NCBI GenBank assembly: GCA_048128005.1
Contig: JBEUKZ010000123.1
Span: forward strand, 62,001 to 126,000
Direction: 5' to 3'
Source: Veleropilina oligotropha
Taxonomy: Eukaryota
Length of the DNA: 64,000 nucleotides
The notes below the pieces were generated by a model, which did no database searches, was not told the DNA's origin, and saw only the letters and a list, made by a program, of their open reading frames with translations. This document shows positions 29,549 to 41,979 of the stretch, piece by piece. The position numbers and the translations under genes were made by a program. Numbering within the stretch: the first letter of the stretch is position 1; every line of letters starts with the position of its first letter.

Positions 29549-31705
29549 ATGGTCCGGTGCAGCAGCTCCAGGTGTAACCAGAAGATCCATGGTTTTGATA
29601 GGCACACGGAATGCCGTATTCACCACAATTGTAACTTAACATACCAATGTGAATTGTGCTTAAATTTGACAGAGGCAGTGGGCGTTAACTCTTAGCATGC
29701 TGGGGGCAGGATATGCCACTCAATTCCCATTGAGTTATATAATTCACAGCATGCTAAGAGTTAATCAACCTGTATGTGAAGCCGACCAGGGCGGCTGCCA
29801 TGGCTGGCCCCCCCCGCCCCCCCCCCCCCCCCCCCCCCCCCCCCGGAGAAGGAACAAACTTGTAAGTTGAGTAACGTTATTTTTTATTCAGGGACGCGTG
29901 ACGACAGCCGACCGAGGGCACTGTCTGTTGCCGGATCTACGGATGAAACTGACAGACAGCAGCTGGGTCCACTCAGTCGTGAGTGCTGGATGCAAGTTGG
30001 CATTCAAACTGCATCCCTAGCCGAGACACCACTACCAAGCCGCACTCGCCCCCTTCAAGGAGAGAAGCAAGCGGTATTAGACCAGGCAGGGCAGGACTTA
30101 CTCCTCAAAGGAGCGATATATCCTGCGCCGCCCAGCACACCAGGATATTACAGCCATTTCTTCCTGATCCCGAAACCCGATGGCCGCTGGTGTCCGATCC
30201 TCGATCTCTCGTTTCTCAACCGATATCTTTGGGCACAGGGTACATATATGTACCTCGACAACTGGTTGATTCTCGGGGCGTCCCGGGATCAGTGCCACCA
30301 GTCTACGAGCTTTACCCTGTCATCGGCGAAGTGTTTAGGATTTCAAATCAACGAGACAAAATCCTGCTTCGTGCCCTCTACGACGTTTACGTTCCTCGGA
30401 GTCGTCTTCGATACGGTCCGGTACACCGCGAAGCAAACCCAGAAATGTATAGGAAACCTATGCGCAGTTATCCAAGACACACTGTCCTCTGAGATAACTA
30501 CGGCGCGACAACTGACCACTGTCCTAGGGTACATCGAGTCGGTAGCGCCCCTGCTACCGATGGGTCGAATGGACAAATGACCGTTACAGCAGGCCTTCAG
30601 AGACCGCTGGTTACAACGGACGGGACAGTGGACGGATCGCATCGATCTACGGCATTGGTTAACTCGCACGGCAGTGTGGCTGAACTCTGCCTTGCCGTGC
30701 CAGACGGTTCCGATATCTCTGCCAGAACCGAACGCCTACCTATTCACGGATGCTTTGAACGAGGGCTGGTGTGGTCACCCCGACAGTTACGAGACATCGG
30801 GCCTATGGCCGACGGACCTGCAGGGACGGCGCATAAACTACCTAGATTTAGAAGTGGTTTACCTGACAGTACGGTCCCTCTCGTCACATCTCCTCAACAA
30901 GCATATAATGCTCGCCACGGACAACACTACTGTCATTGCATACGTTCAACACCAGGGCGGCACTCGCTCGACTCGACAATATGAGCAAGACACATCCCGG
31001 GAAAATTGAACGTCAGAGCGGACTCGCTCTCTCGGAAATCGCAGATTATACACACAGAGTGGACGCTACACAGCCGAGTAGCAAGGGAAGTTTGCCGCAG
31101 GTGGTCGCAACCCCAAGTCGATATGTTTGCAACAGAGTTCAATAACCGACTACCTCTGTATGTCTCCCCATACCCGGACCCGGCCGCCCTAGCAGTCTAC
31201 GCACGGTCAATGACATGGGAGAATCTGTCAGCATATGCCTTCCCTCCGTCATGCATTCTGTCACTTGTACTACAGAAGGTATCGAAGGATCGTTGCGAGA
31301 TAACGCTAATCGCCCCTGTATCGCATGCAACCTTGGTTTCCGACACTTGGTTTCCGACACTTCTCGATCTGATCGTCGATCGACCATTAGCGCTACTGCA
31401 GAGACCAGACCTGTTAATGCAGTCGCGCTTCCGTGTGTTACACCTGTCGTCGAATGACCTTTTACATGCATGGCGGTTATGAAACGATCACTCGCTAAGA
31501 AAGGATTTTCTGGCACGACAGCCCTACGCATCGACCGATCGAGAAGGCTTTCAACGTCTAAAGTCTACGACTACCGATGGCAAAAATACGTGGATTTGTG
31601 TCACGGGCGGCAGGTCAATATTCTCCATCCCCCCCCCACTGTGAACGCATTTATCGAGTTTATTTCGTCGCTCTTCGAATGAGGAATGTCAGTTTCCGCC
31701 GTTAA
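29549..31705 (+). pseudogene. Disrupted Gag/RT/RNase H/MT/YR-5' coding remnants of DIRS copy 3
   Basis: Fragment ORFs 29867..30580, 30674..31009, 31006..31482 and 31470..31682 match the copy 2 proteins, with stops, frameshifts and YLDN in place of YLDD. Confidence 0.92.
29689..29760. mobile_element. 72-bp piggyBac-type MITE in the Gag remnant of copy 3
   Basis: TTAA-CTCTTAGCATGCTG...CAGCATGCTAAGAG-TTAA; perfect 14-bp TIR. Confidence 0.85.
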
Positions 31706-31974
31706 CTCATTCCTCCCTGGCGGCCATTTTGAATGTATTCCCTGATGCCAGTTAGGCCCTGCTTCCCTAAGGCCAATACTGGCTAGCAGGCACATATTTG
31801 GTAATACGGCTATAGAGTTAGTAATATTGTCATAACTTTGTAAATAATTAAAATGTAATTACCAAATTTGCAGAAGACCTTCCTCATTTAATAATCTTGA
31901 TATATAATCCATAATAATTATTTTTGTTCCTTTATGTATGCACACAAAATAAAATAATCCATGAATGTTCTTTG

Positions 31975-32236
31975 TTTTTATGCCACCACCAATTTATTGG
32001 GGTGGCATTTAGATTTACTCTTGTCCGTCCCGTCCGTCCGTCCCGTCCCGTCCGTCCGTCCGTCCCGTCCGTCCCGAAACCAGTATTTGCGTGTAAGCAA
32101 CTCCAATCTGCTATAACTTCTATTTGCCTTCATGGATTGACTTGATACTTTGTACACTTTCTTATCATCATTCATACTTCGTTGCTAAAGGCTGCCAGTG
32201 GGGGCATCCGTGTCCGGTGGACACATTTTTCTAGTT
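31975..32236 (+). mobile_element. Short HINE inside the piggyBac
   Basis: TTTTTATGCCACC...GGTGGCAT start, (GTCC)n, subterminal GTGGGGGCAT, hairpin GTGTCC-GGT-GGACAC, end CTAGTT. Confidence 0.75.
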
Positions 32237-32241
32237 TACTA

Positions 32242-33946
32242 TTATTAGGGCTTCAAGCTCTTTCAAGCTTGAAGCCCTATTGAAATTGTACCGGTTATTA
32301 TTCTTATTCTGACGTTTTTTGTGGGCACTTTAGCGCGAAAACGGCTATAGCTACAGCTTTCAAAATTCATGTGTGCTTGGGCACATCATTGAAGCATTGC
32401 CTCGTTCTATTTTCAAGTTTCGGGATTTTATGCTTTGGTCGTAATCTTCAATTTTGTAAAAAAATATGACCTCTTTTCAAAAACGATATAAGTCTTACAC
32501 GGCTTTCGAGATCGAGACAAAATCTTCAAAGGCATGATCTAGACTATTGAGACAACAATCTCCTGGAAATGAAATTTTCATTTTTTCAATGCTAAGATCG
32601 CTACGGGCGTCCTAATCTTGACAAAATTAAAAATGACCTCTTTTCAAAAACGATATAAGTCTTACACGGCTTTCGAGATCGAGACAAAATCTTCAAAGGC
32701 ATGATCTAGACTATTGAGACAACAATCTCTTGGAAATGAAATTTTCATTTTTTCAATGCTAAGATCGCTACGGGCATCCTAATCTTGACAAAATTTTGAA
32801 GTTTTTTCAATTTTTCATTTCTGCAGTATCTTTCAATGCACTCTACGAAATCTTTCCAATCTTCCAGGGTGAGTGCGCATCGATATCAAGTAATGTTTGC
32901 CGCAAAATTTTAGCCAATAAATGCCATGGTTTCGTCGCAATCTTTGATTTTTTGAAAACATTAAAATGCGCTTTTCTCAGAACTGAGTAGCGTGATCTTA
33001 TCGACACTTGGTAGTTTTGACAAAGCATTATATCGGTATATGTTGTTCTAATGGAATACTTTGTGAGACAAATTAAAAAGGAGTTATGAAGACATTAAAT
33101 TTAATATTAAATTGACTGTAACTTCTTTAATTTTCATTTATATGAAACGTGACGCAATTCATTTTATTCGTATCGAAAATATCTAATGTAATATCTATAG
33201 AATACATCGCTAAAATGAGTTGCTTGAGAGTTATTAGACTTAGTTTTTTTAGATGAATATTGCTTCATAGCGCCTCTAAAAATCGTCCTTTTTCTTCCAG
33301 ATTTTCGCATAAAATATACTATATAAAGATCGTTATATTAGAGAATTGTGACAAGAATACAATAAGTACTTTCATTGTTTAAAAAATACTATTTTAATTC
33401 CTCGTCTCATTTCGGCGCGACCAGCTCAGTGCTAATTGCCTTATCAGATGAAGTAGGCAGTTTATGAGCCTGTCTCTTTGAGGTGTCATAAAGCCACGCA
33501 GCAACCCTGTCCAGTGGACAGCAAGGCCCTTGAGAAGTTCTGCTATCAGGCTTAAGTAAACATTTAGCCAACAGAAGGCTACATGATTCATTAACTGTTA
33601 ATACAGTATATGGTGAAAACATTGATATTCTGTTGGTCAGTCCAGTTGCGCATTCATTATTATAGATACTTCTTAATTTCCATCATAGGTTAATGCACAA
33701 GATAATAGATTTAAAAACTTTTCTGTGGAGGTACGCCCTGGCGCATTCGGCGCTCAGATGGCGGCATTCGATTCAGAGTGGCCATATGTATATCTTAAAA
33801 TATAAAAAATATTTTTTTAAATTTAGTATTTTATTTTATTTTTTTTCCCTTTTTTAAATTAAATTTTTTTATTTTTTTTTATTTTACGTCTTTTTTTTAT
33901 TTCGTTTATCTGATTGAAGCCCTCACAGCTGCTCGCAGCTTTAATT
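32242..33946 (+). mobile_element. HINE-like element with a 167-bp tandem duplication, inside the piggyBac
   Basis: AGGGCTTCAAGC...GCTTGAAGCCCT at 5'; TTGAAGCCCT plus hairpin AGCTGC-TC-GCAGCT at 3'; near-identical repeats starting at 32466 and 32633. Confidence 0.7.
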
Positions 33947-33984
33947 ATATACAATATTTACATTTGTTCCTCGACAGATTTGAA

Positions 33985-35694
33985 TTACTGAAATAGGGCT
34001 GGAAAGTTAGCCCTATGATATGGCTTAAAACAATCAACACACATGTTGACCAGGCATTGTTCACACCCTGATTTCGGTTCTCTCCTGATGCCATTTTTGC
34101 TGCATTGTTGACATGTCTTTTTTTTGTCCAAAGTTTTCGGCCAATGCATCAATCCCTCCACAGCTTTGTTTTTCACACTTTCTCTCTTCCGCTTGTGCCA
34201 GTAAGCACCCATTAGCTGTTTGACCAAGCTTTTTCGGAATTCAAGCTGGGTTCTTGGTCGAACTCGACCCGTTTTGGTTTTGATTTGATGATTTGGAGAT
34301 TCTTTCATTAGAATGAAAGAGTTGACGATTGCGATGTCAACCAAAAACCAAAACAGGTACTTCCACCACTTCACCGCCTTCCTCCCAATTGAATACGCCG
34401 CCCGTAGTTGATCAGCTCGATCAACACCATTCATGTGTGTCGTGTAATTTTTTAAAACCTTAGGACATGGAACATCAGCTACGGTGCCGTCCTGACGCTT
34501 ACGTTTGACTGTGTGGTTTTCCTGGGGGTCAGAATTTGTAGACAGCAGAAGGACTGTTTTTTTGTCATGCCATGCAGTGGCCACAAACTGCCCTCGTTGC
34601 TGAACGATAACGTCTCCTTGATTTTTCAATTTTGCTTTCGTCACAGCTTGTGGCAAAAATTTGCGTATCGATCGCACGGTTCCACAGGCATAGGTCTTGT
34701 TTTCTAGCAGTTTCTCAAACAGTGGTACCGATGTGAAATAATTGTCACAATACACATGGTGATTCTTTCCCAATATATCTCTTGTCAAGTCAAGAACGAC
34801 TCTCTCTCCTAAACCATGTTCAGGGTTTCCAGCAACTTTTCCAGTGTACACCTGAAAATCATTTACGAATCCATTGTGTGGGTCCGCTCTCATCCACACC
34901 TTGATACCACGCCTGGTAGGCTTCATGGGAACGAACTGTTTGATCCCTAACCGGCCAGTGTAGGCAATCATGGCTTCATCAATGGAAGTTTCACGGTGTG
35001 GAAAATATAACTCCCGACATTTTTCACGAACAAATTCAATAAATGTTCTGACGTGTGATAACTTGTCAAAACCAATTTCACCACGCGCAGGATTTCCACG
35101 TACATCACATACGTGAAAATATTGGTTCAGTTTGTCAAGTCGATCCCTTGTAATTCTATCTGATATGCCTGTAGCTTTGAAAAATTCATCGGTCGTAAAG
35201 TACAGATCCATATTTGCTGCATCAACAATAGCCATGGTCATATTGAAAGCAAAATATGCCCTTATTTCCTGAGAAGTTGTAGGGGACCATTTTGCGTCCT
35301 CGCCATTTGCCGATATTTTTTCATTTGCGTACCTATTTGTTTCGTCGGAAATACGCTCAAATAAAACTGGTGGAAAAGATAAATTAAAAAAATCTATTTC
35401 CTTGGATTCTGAGGGTAAAACGTGTCTTTGTCCGGTTCTCTCGGTAAACGCATCCGTTTGAACCGAAGATAGGGTAAATGACCATTCTAGTTCGTCGCCG
35501 CCATTCTCAGACATTTCGGAATCGGAATTCCTGTCTTCTAAAATATCCAGCAACTCATCGTCGTCTAGCTCAACATCGCTAATATCAATGTCGGAACCTT
35601 GCGCTTCTTCCAAATCTCTTCGAACATTATCTTCTGCGTTTTCTACGTCATTATTGTTGAATCCGTCAAAACTATCGCCATCAAATGCATCCAT
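33985..35694 (-). CDS. piggyBac transposase, 569 aa, intact
   Basis: Acidic N-terminus; DDD motifs SIDEAM, CDNYFTS, MNGVDRADQ; KWW; C-terminal Cys-rich domain CxxC...CxxC...CxxC...H. Confidence 0.95.
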   Translation of the reverse strand: MDAFDGDSFDGFNNNDVENAEDNVRRDLEEAQGSDIDISDVELDDDELLDILEDRNSDSEMSENGGDELEWSFTLSSVQTDAFTERTGQRHVLPSESKEIDFFNLSFPPVLFERISDETNRYANEKISANGEDAKWSPTTSQEIRAYFAFNMTMAIVDAANMDLYFTTDEFFKATGISDRITRDRLDKLNQYFHVCDVRGNPARGEIGFDKLSHVRTFIEFVREKCRELYFPHRETSIDEAMIAYTGRLGIKQFVPMKPTRRGIKVWMRADPHNGFVNDFQVYTGKVAGNPEHGLGERVVLDLTRDILGKNHHVYCDNYFTSVPLFEKLLENKTYACGTVRSIRKFLPQAVTKAKLKNQGDVIVQQRGQFVATAWHDKKTVLLLSTNSDPQENHTVKRKRQDGTVADVPCPKVLKNYTTHMNGVDRADQLRAAYSIGRKAVKWWKYLFWFLVDIAIVNSFILMKESPNHQIKTKTGRVRPRTQLEFRKSLVKQLMGAYWHKRKRESVKNKAVEGLMHWPKTLDKKKTCQQCSKNGIRREPKSGCEQCLVNMCVDCFKPYHRANFPALFQ

Positions 35695-36013
35695 AATTCT
35701 TATATTTTACTGACATTCGTTTGATCTCAAAAACCGCGCTATTTCTTGACCTCTAATCACGTGTCACGGGTCGAGTCGCATATCATTAGAAAGATCATTT
35801 AATTCTAAGCAGCAATTTCTTTAGCCGCTGGTGCTGTCATAGCTCAGATATCGAAAAAACAGCCAATGAAACTATGGCTTACAAGTCTGTGCGATCACGT
35901 CTACAGGCGTGAGTCGCCATTGAAAGCGGATTGTAAACAACGCCTGCAGTCGGCAGTCGACTTTTGAAGGTAGGAGGAAACCACGCGTACAGGCGGGACT
36001 AGGGACGAATGAG

Positions 36014-36733
36014 TTAAAGGTTATCGGGCTACTATCGCAACCACGCTTAAACAGTGTCGTGCCCACGTTAGCCCATCTAAGCGACCAAACGATTTCAGAC
36101 TTTATACGCTCTTACGAACTCGAGAGATCGACCCATATGGTGCGACCACCAGCCTGGAACATCGTTCTCGTTCTTAATGCTCTACTCGCTTCGCCAAGCG
36201 AGCCGTTATGGGCTGCTTCTCTGAAATATTTAACACACAAAACAGTTTTTCTGATCGCCTTAAATTGTCGGGCAGGCGTTGCTTCGAGATACATAGCCTC
36301 TTGGCAGAGCTACGAGACGTTCGTTTTCAGTCAGATGGGTCGGTGATATTACGGCCTACCTTAGAGTTTCTCGCCAAGAATCAACGGCCAAATGAAGACG
36401 TTCCCGATAATGTTATTCCTAAGCTCTCGTTAGTCTGAAGACACGATATTGACCGTTTAAACTGTCCAGTACGTGCCTTACGATAATACCTAGACCGGAC
36501 CCGTGATATGCGGCAGGGCAATTTACGTTTATTCATATCTTACTTGTCGTCCTTCTCCCACGACATTACGAAGACGACTGTCTTGAGGCGGATATCACAG
36601 ACCATTAGAGACATAAATTATACTCTTGCACTGAAGAAATAGACCGCACTACTTTATCGATCCGCACGCACGAGGTCAGAACAATTTCTGAGCTTCAATT
36701 GCATTTCGTCACAGTTTAAACATCACAGCGTTG
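36014..36733 (+). pseudogene. 3' part of the disrupted YR of DIRS copy 3
   Basis: Continues the YR sequence after the piggyBac TTAA (ISDFIRSYELE, PPAWNIVL, FLAKNQRP), with frameshifts. Confidence 0.9.
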
Positions 36734-37370
36734 CGTGGCCTCTATTTCGGACATCTCGCAAGATTTGGCGAAGTCTCGTCTTGAGGAACTTGAAGAGTGG
36801 TAGTGTGTTTTTGACTTAATAGTGCATAATGTGACCATTTTCACTGTTTCCGGTTAGCGATAATATGACTATTATGGCAAGAGTAAGGACGTAAGTATAT
36901 TTTAACTAATACTAGGTTTACTAAGAAACCTCATGTAACTTCTCTGAAAAGTTATTGCGGCTTTCTTTCAGTCTTGATTCTGATATATATGAACATGTTC
37001 CAATTAATATGACCTAAAATGGCAAAACAAATCATATTGTCTTATGAATTTGCTGTCAAGCAAATAAGTGTTATCGATGATTACTGAGTCTGGCCTACTA
37101 TTGGACATGTTTAGCAATCGACAGCCACAGCTTTTGGTGATCACTTGGAGTACAGTAACATAGTCATACAACTTCATCATTTATATCTCATCGGTATAGC
37201 CTGCTTCTTTCGAATGGTGCATAACTACTATCTGTTATCAGGGTGACAAGCACTAAATAGTTGATATTAAAACCTTACATCTACAAAACGTATTATCCTT
37301 GTAGTTGAACCCGGTCCTCGGTGTCGTGCCGGAGAGGCCATAACACTGGTAATACCATTGCTCCCAAGTC

Positions 37371-37860
37371 AACTAGAACGCTCAGTCACGAGTGACCGCA
37401 TATGTATCCCCCCCCCCCCCCCCCCCCCCGGTAATCCAGGATGGAATGCACTTACCAAATTTGAAAGCATTCCGTTAAGAAATGACCTGTCTAGAGCGAT
37501 CACAAGAAATTATGCTTTAAAATTCAAGATGGAGGCCACAACGGCCATCTTGGAGATCAGACCCCACCTAAAATCTCTAGGTGTCGTGTCCTGACCCAAA
37601 CCAATGCACATTCCAAATTTGAATACATTCCATTAAGAAATGGCCTGTCTAGACCGATCACGAGGAATCTCTCGGCGGTGGCCATCTTGGTGGTCAGACC
37701 ACACCCAAAATATCTAGGTGTCGTGTCCTCTCCACAACCAATGGACATACCAAATGTTAAAACATTCCGTTAAGAAATGGTCCGTCTAGAGCAATCACAA
37801 GCAATTATGGTGGCCGTGGCCGCCATCTTGGAGGTCGGACCACAGCAAAAACATATACGT
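37371..37860 (-). mobile_element. HINE family A fragment (3' end plus repeat array)
   Basis: Reverse complement of the ...GGTCACTCGTGACTGAGC-TTCTAGTT end; CAAGATGGC-containing repeats as in 44389-44973. Confidence 0.75.
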
Positions 37861-38391
37861 GTCCATACATGTGATAACCCAAAACAGCATTCCAGGTGGT
37901 TAGGGTCAATATTCCAAAAGATTGGGGTCACATTCCAGTAGTATTTTTATAGACTATTTTTATCGTTGATTACGTCATATAATTTTAGAATTATTTGCAT
38001 ATATAAAGACATGTATATAAATGATAGTAATATATATAGTAATCTTAATTCTTATGCAATCAAAAAAATAAATAAAAGTGAGTTTTATTAAAATACCACA
38101 ATAAATAATTTAATTTTCATATCAATATTTATATGTTGCTATATTGCTACAAGTGTTATCATAGTAAATTTATTCCAAACAATAAATGCACTATCATATT
38201 TATATGGTCAATCTATATAAAACATGTGATTATAATTAAGTCAATCCATACTTTACTTTCAACTGAACAAAATATATATAACTGGTCAATCTCCATCTAC
38301 ATACAACTTGCAAGTACTTGGAAACTGTTGATCCAGGTTTTATCTTCTTATCAATACTGTATTTATCAGTAATTACAAAGTCAATCCATAA

Positions 38392-40720
38392 TTGTATCCC
38401 CCGAAACGAAAGTATCGGGGGATACTATGGTTTAGCGTTCGTTACGCCGCGTCCGTCGAGAGATTTCTCGTGATCGCTCTAGGCAGGCCGTTTCTTAACG
38501 AAATGTTTTCAAATTTGGTATGTGCATTGGTTGGGGCGAGGACACGGCACCTATATAATTGGGTGTGTTCCGCCCTCCAAGATGGCCGCTGTGGCCTCCA
38601 TCTTGAATTTTAAGCATAATTCCTCGTGATTGCTCTAAGCAGGCCGTTTCTTAACGGAATGTTTTCGACACCTATATATTTTGGGTCACGTGACCCCAAT
38701 ATTTTGGTGGCCATCTTGAATTTCATTAGAAAACTATTTTCTTTTCTAAATTTGTTAAACCTAGCGCGACATGAATTATATATTCAGATACCAGAGGTAA
38801 TTGTCTAAAATGTCATTGAAGTGGATTTTTAAATTTCACTGGTGGCCATTTTGGATTTTAATTTTAAGGGTCTTTAACTCTTTGAGTGCCGCGCCCTATA
38901 TTTAACCATTTACGGGCCCTGGCCGGGATTACACGTTTATTTTGTCATTTTCAAAACATTGTAAAAACAAAAATAAAAGAGATATTTTGATGAAATCTGT
39001 TTTATTGACTTTGTCTGGACATGTGCTTTACATTACAACATCAATAGTACCTCTTTACAGTAAGGTAGGTGTGCACGACGGCCCCGACCACGCCTGCCCT
39101 AGCCCGGGCCACCTCTACCACAACCAGCCTGCGAAATAACCGGGGGAGCTGCATGAACTGCACTTCCTATGCTACCATCACTATCTATGTCAGTAGACCT
39201 ATTGTAAATGGAATCTGGATCACTAACACTGCTTTCGTTACTTGAATCAAAGTTATGGAAATTGTCAATCCGTGCCGGTTCAGGACTCCAATGCAGCGTG
39301 CACCTCGCCTTATAACCCCGCCCGGCCCCGCATCGGCCTAGGTGTAGCAATGACCTGCACATTACTATAATATTACTTTCATTATTCATATCAACACGAA
39401 CGGCATCATTGTCATGTACAAGGTCAGTGTCCATAGCATTATCACTCTCGGCATCTTCACCCGACACCGCACCATCACCAAACAAAGATTGTTTATCAAT
39501 AATACTTCCCTCAACTTCAGAAGTATATCCGTCAGATGAAATCGGCACAAAGTTCTGCAGCTTCTTCAGCGGTAAATCTCTTCATGGAGGCTGCCATTTT
39601 GTCTGATGACGCACAGCCAATGTTCGGAAATGTTCGCCAATGTTCGGCAACTAGCTGATATAACGAATCGGCATGACAAGTGACGGATTTAGAATGAACG
39701 TACTGGTACGTCTTTGGCCACAAGGGGGTAGGAAGTAAAAGACGTACCAGTACGTCCTTGGCGCTCAAAGAGTTAAAATGGCTATATCTTGAAAATGATG
39801 CAACGTAGACACATGGTCACTATGGGAAGTCATGGTTGGGCTTTCAAATGCCACCATGACCTTTGACCCCAGATGACCTACATTGCTCTAAATGACCTAA
39901 TTAAGGAAAAATGCATATATGTTTGCCTATAGTGGATAAAGTGAACTCCTATTGACGTAAGTAGTCTACATTTACCAATTATGCCAGATAAAATTGAAAA
40001 GCCGGAAGTTCCTCGGCGGCCATTAAAGCATTTGTTTCAAGTGGCAATATATCAAAAAGGATGCACCGCGGACACATGGTTACTATGGGGAGCCTATGGG
40101 AAGTCATTGTTGATCTTTCACATGTGACCTCGGCCTTTGACCTTAGTTGACCTACATTGCAGGAAATGACCCAATTAAGGAAAAAGACCAGAAAATTGTC
40201 AGGAAATGGCCAACTTTGTTAATATTGATGCTAGAGCTTACATATGTTAAATTAGGAAAATAATTTTTTTTGAAAGAAACCAGCAAAATGACCATCACAT
40301 TTTTCGTAAAAAGCCCATAACTCGAGACTGACATGGTGTACACACCTGAAATTTGCGGCATTCAATTCAGAGCACCCATATGTATATATTAATAATTTTT
40401 AAGAAACAAAATTTAAATTTGTTTTATATTTTTTTGTTATATCTTTGCAAGTATCATTACGAGTAAGCACAAAACGACATATATTTTGGGTGTGGTCTGA
40501 CCTCTAAAATGGCCGCCACGACCACCATAATTGCTAATTTGGTATGTGCATTAATTGGTTTGAGTGTGGACACGACACCTATAGATTTTGGGTGTGGTCC
40601 GACCTCCAAGATGGCCGCTGTGGCCGCCATCTTGGATTTTAAAGCATAATTCCTTGTGCTCTCTCTAGACAGGTCATTACCGGGGATACATATGTGGTCA
40701 CTCATGACTGAGCGTCTAGT
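38392..40720 (+). mobile_element. HINE family A copy hosting the non-autonomous piggyBac
   Basis: Start TTGTATCCCCCG...CGGGGGATAC, end GGGGATAC...hairpin...CTAGT. Splits a local AAGTCAATCCATA|TTTACTTTCAACTGAAC motif that is intact at ~38238. Confidence 0.75.
38878..39772 (-). mobile_element. Non-autonomous piggyBac-type element with a remnant of an acidic transposase-like N-terminus
   Basis: TTAA flanks, TIR CTCTTTGAGYGCC, subterminal ACGTAC(C/T)(A/G)GTACGTC palindromes; minus-strand MAASMKRFTAEEAAELC followed by a D/S-rich stretch. Confidence 0.85.
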
Positions 40721-41218
40721 TTACTTTCAACTGAACACAGCTACAATTTTTGGAAACTGTTGATCCGGTCTTTATCTTCATATCCATCCGCATTTTACTC
40801 AGCTTCCGGTGAAGTTTTTTTGTGATAATTTCGATAGTAACATTTGAAATGTCATTTTTACGAATAAATGACTTCAATAGGATTGAAATAGCTGATATTG
40901 GAATAGTAATTGGGTATCAATCATGATGAACAATGCCCATTCAAGATCACCATTGAACCATGAAAGTAGCGTTAATGCGCTTGGCACAGTAAACAAACAT
41001 CGTGGTGACAGGGATCAAATTACGGTAGAGTAAATTGCATAGAGTTAATTACATAATACAATGTCATTGGAAGAAAATAATATTATTGGATAATAAAATT
41101 ATCTCTGAAAGATTATCTGATTTCATGAGATTTATGTCATTTCGGGAGACTCCCGGAGTAGGCCATTTCGGGAACTCGTGCCGATTTCGGGAGTAATTTA
41201 GATATCACATGTATGCGT

Positions 41219-41979
41219 GTCGTGTCCTCGCCCCAACCAATGCACATATGAAATTTGAAAACATTCCGTTACGAAATGGTCTGTCTTGAGCGATCACAAG
41301 GAGTTATGCTTAAAATCCAAGCGGCCATCTTGGAGGTAGGACCACACCCAAATTCTATAGGTGTTGTGTCCTCGCCCCAACCAATGCACATGCCAAATAT
41401 GAAAACATTCCGTTAAGAAATGGCCTGTCTAGAGCGATCACGAGGAATCTCTCGGCGGACAAGAACGCGCCGTAACGGATGCTAAACCATATTATTATAT
41501 GCCAGTCGTCTTCTGACGCCTATTCTCGCGCAGTTTTCCAAGACCCTGTATCAAGGACACGGCTGATATCGATTCAGAAAACGTCTCCTGCTTATATATG
41601 CACAGGAAAACGTCTCCTGCTTATATATATATTCAAAATGGCTGACAAATCGTAGGAACTACTTCCAATATAGTCCTATACTATTTCAACCTCCCTTACA
41701 GATTCGTGACTAAAATTACCATAATCTTTCGATTCAATTTAATAAGAAACTTGTAGTGGCATATAATAAAAATGTTATCAGTTATTGTGTGGATTCTGTC
41801 AAATCGGAAACCTCTCGTGACGTCGTAGTTTTTGCGGCGGATAAATCGCTCGAACTTCGTTCTCCCGATTAATCTGCCGCAAAAACTACGACGTCACTCG
41901 AGGTTTCCGATGTGCCAGAATCCACACAATACTGATAACATCATTGTATCCCCCGGCACTTTCGTTTCGAGAGATACAA
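41219..41979 (-). mobile_element. HINE family A 5' portion, interrupted by a long-hairpin element
   Basis: Reverse complement of the 38392/44389 start sequence, split between GCTAAACCATA and GTATCCCCCG. Confidence 0.7.
41492..41945. mobile_element. Long-hairpin (Crypton-like) element inserted in a HINE without TSD
   Basis: Boundaries are fixed by the interrupted HINE; inverted repeat at 41773-41940. Confidence 0.6.

Larger units (their letters stand above)
31706..36013 (-). mobile_element. piggyBac transposon inserted in the YR gene of DIRS copy 3
   Basis: TTAA on both sides (31702-05, 36014-17); TIR CTCATTC(C/G)TCCCT; removing it restores GCCGTTAAAGGTTATCGG of the YR. Confidence 0.95.
27656..36934 (+). 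mobile_element. Degenerate DIRS1-like element (related subfamily, copy 3) with internal deletions and nested insertions
   Basis: Diverged ITRs at 27656-27870 and about 36735-36934. Gag start at 29549, most of Gag deleted near 29950. RT/RH/MT remnants 29950-31480; YR remnants 31470-31705 and 36014-36733. ICR absent. Confidence 0.92.

Noticed and set aside
29808..29843. Long poly-C/G tracts (also ~29085 and ~37407) as G-quadruplex elements
   Set aside because: They expand short C/G runs in decayed elements; slippage or assembly artefact is more likely.
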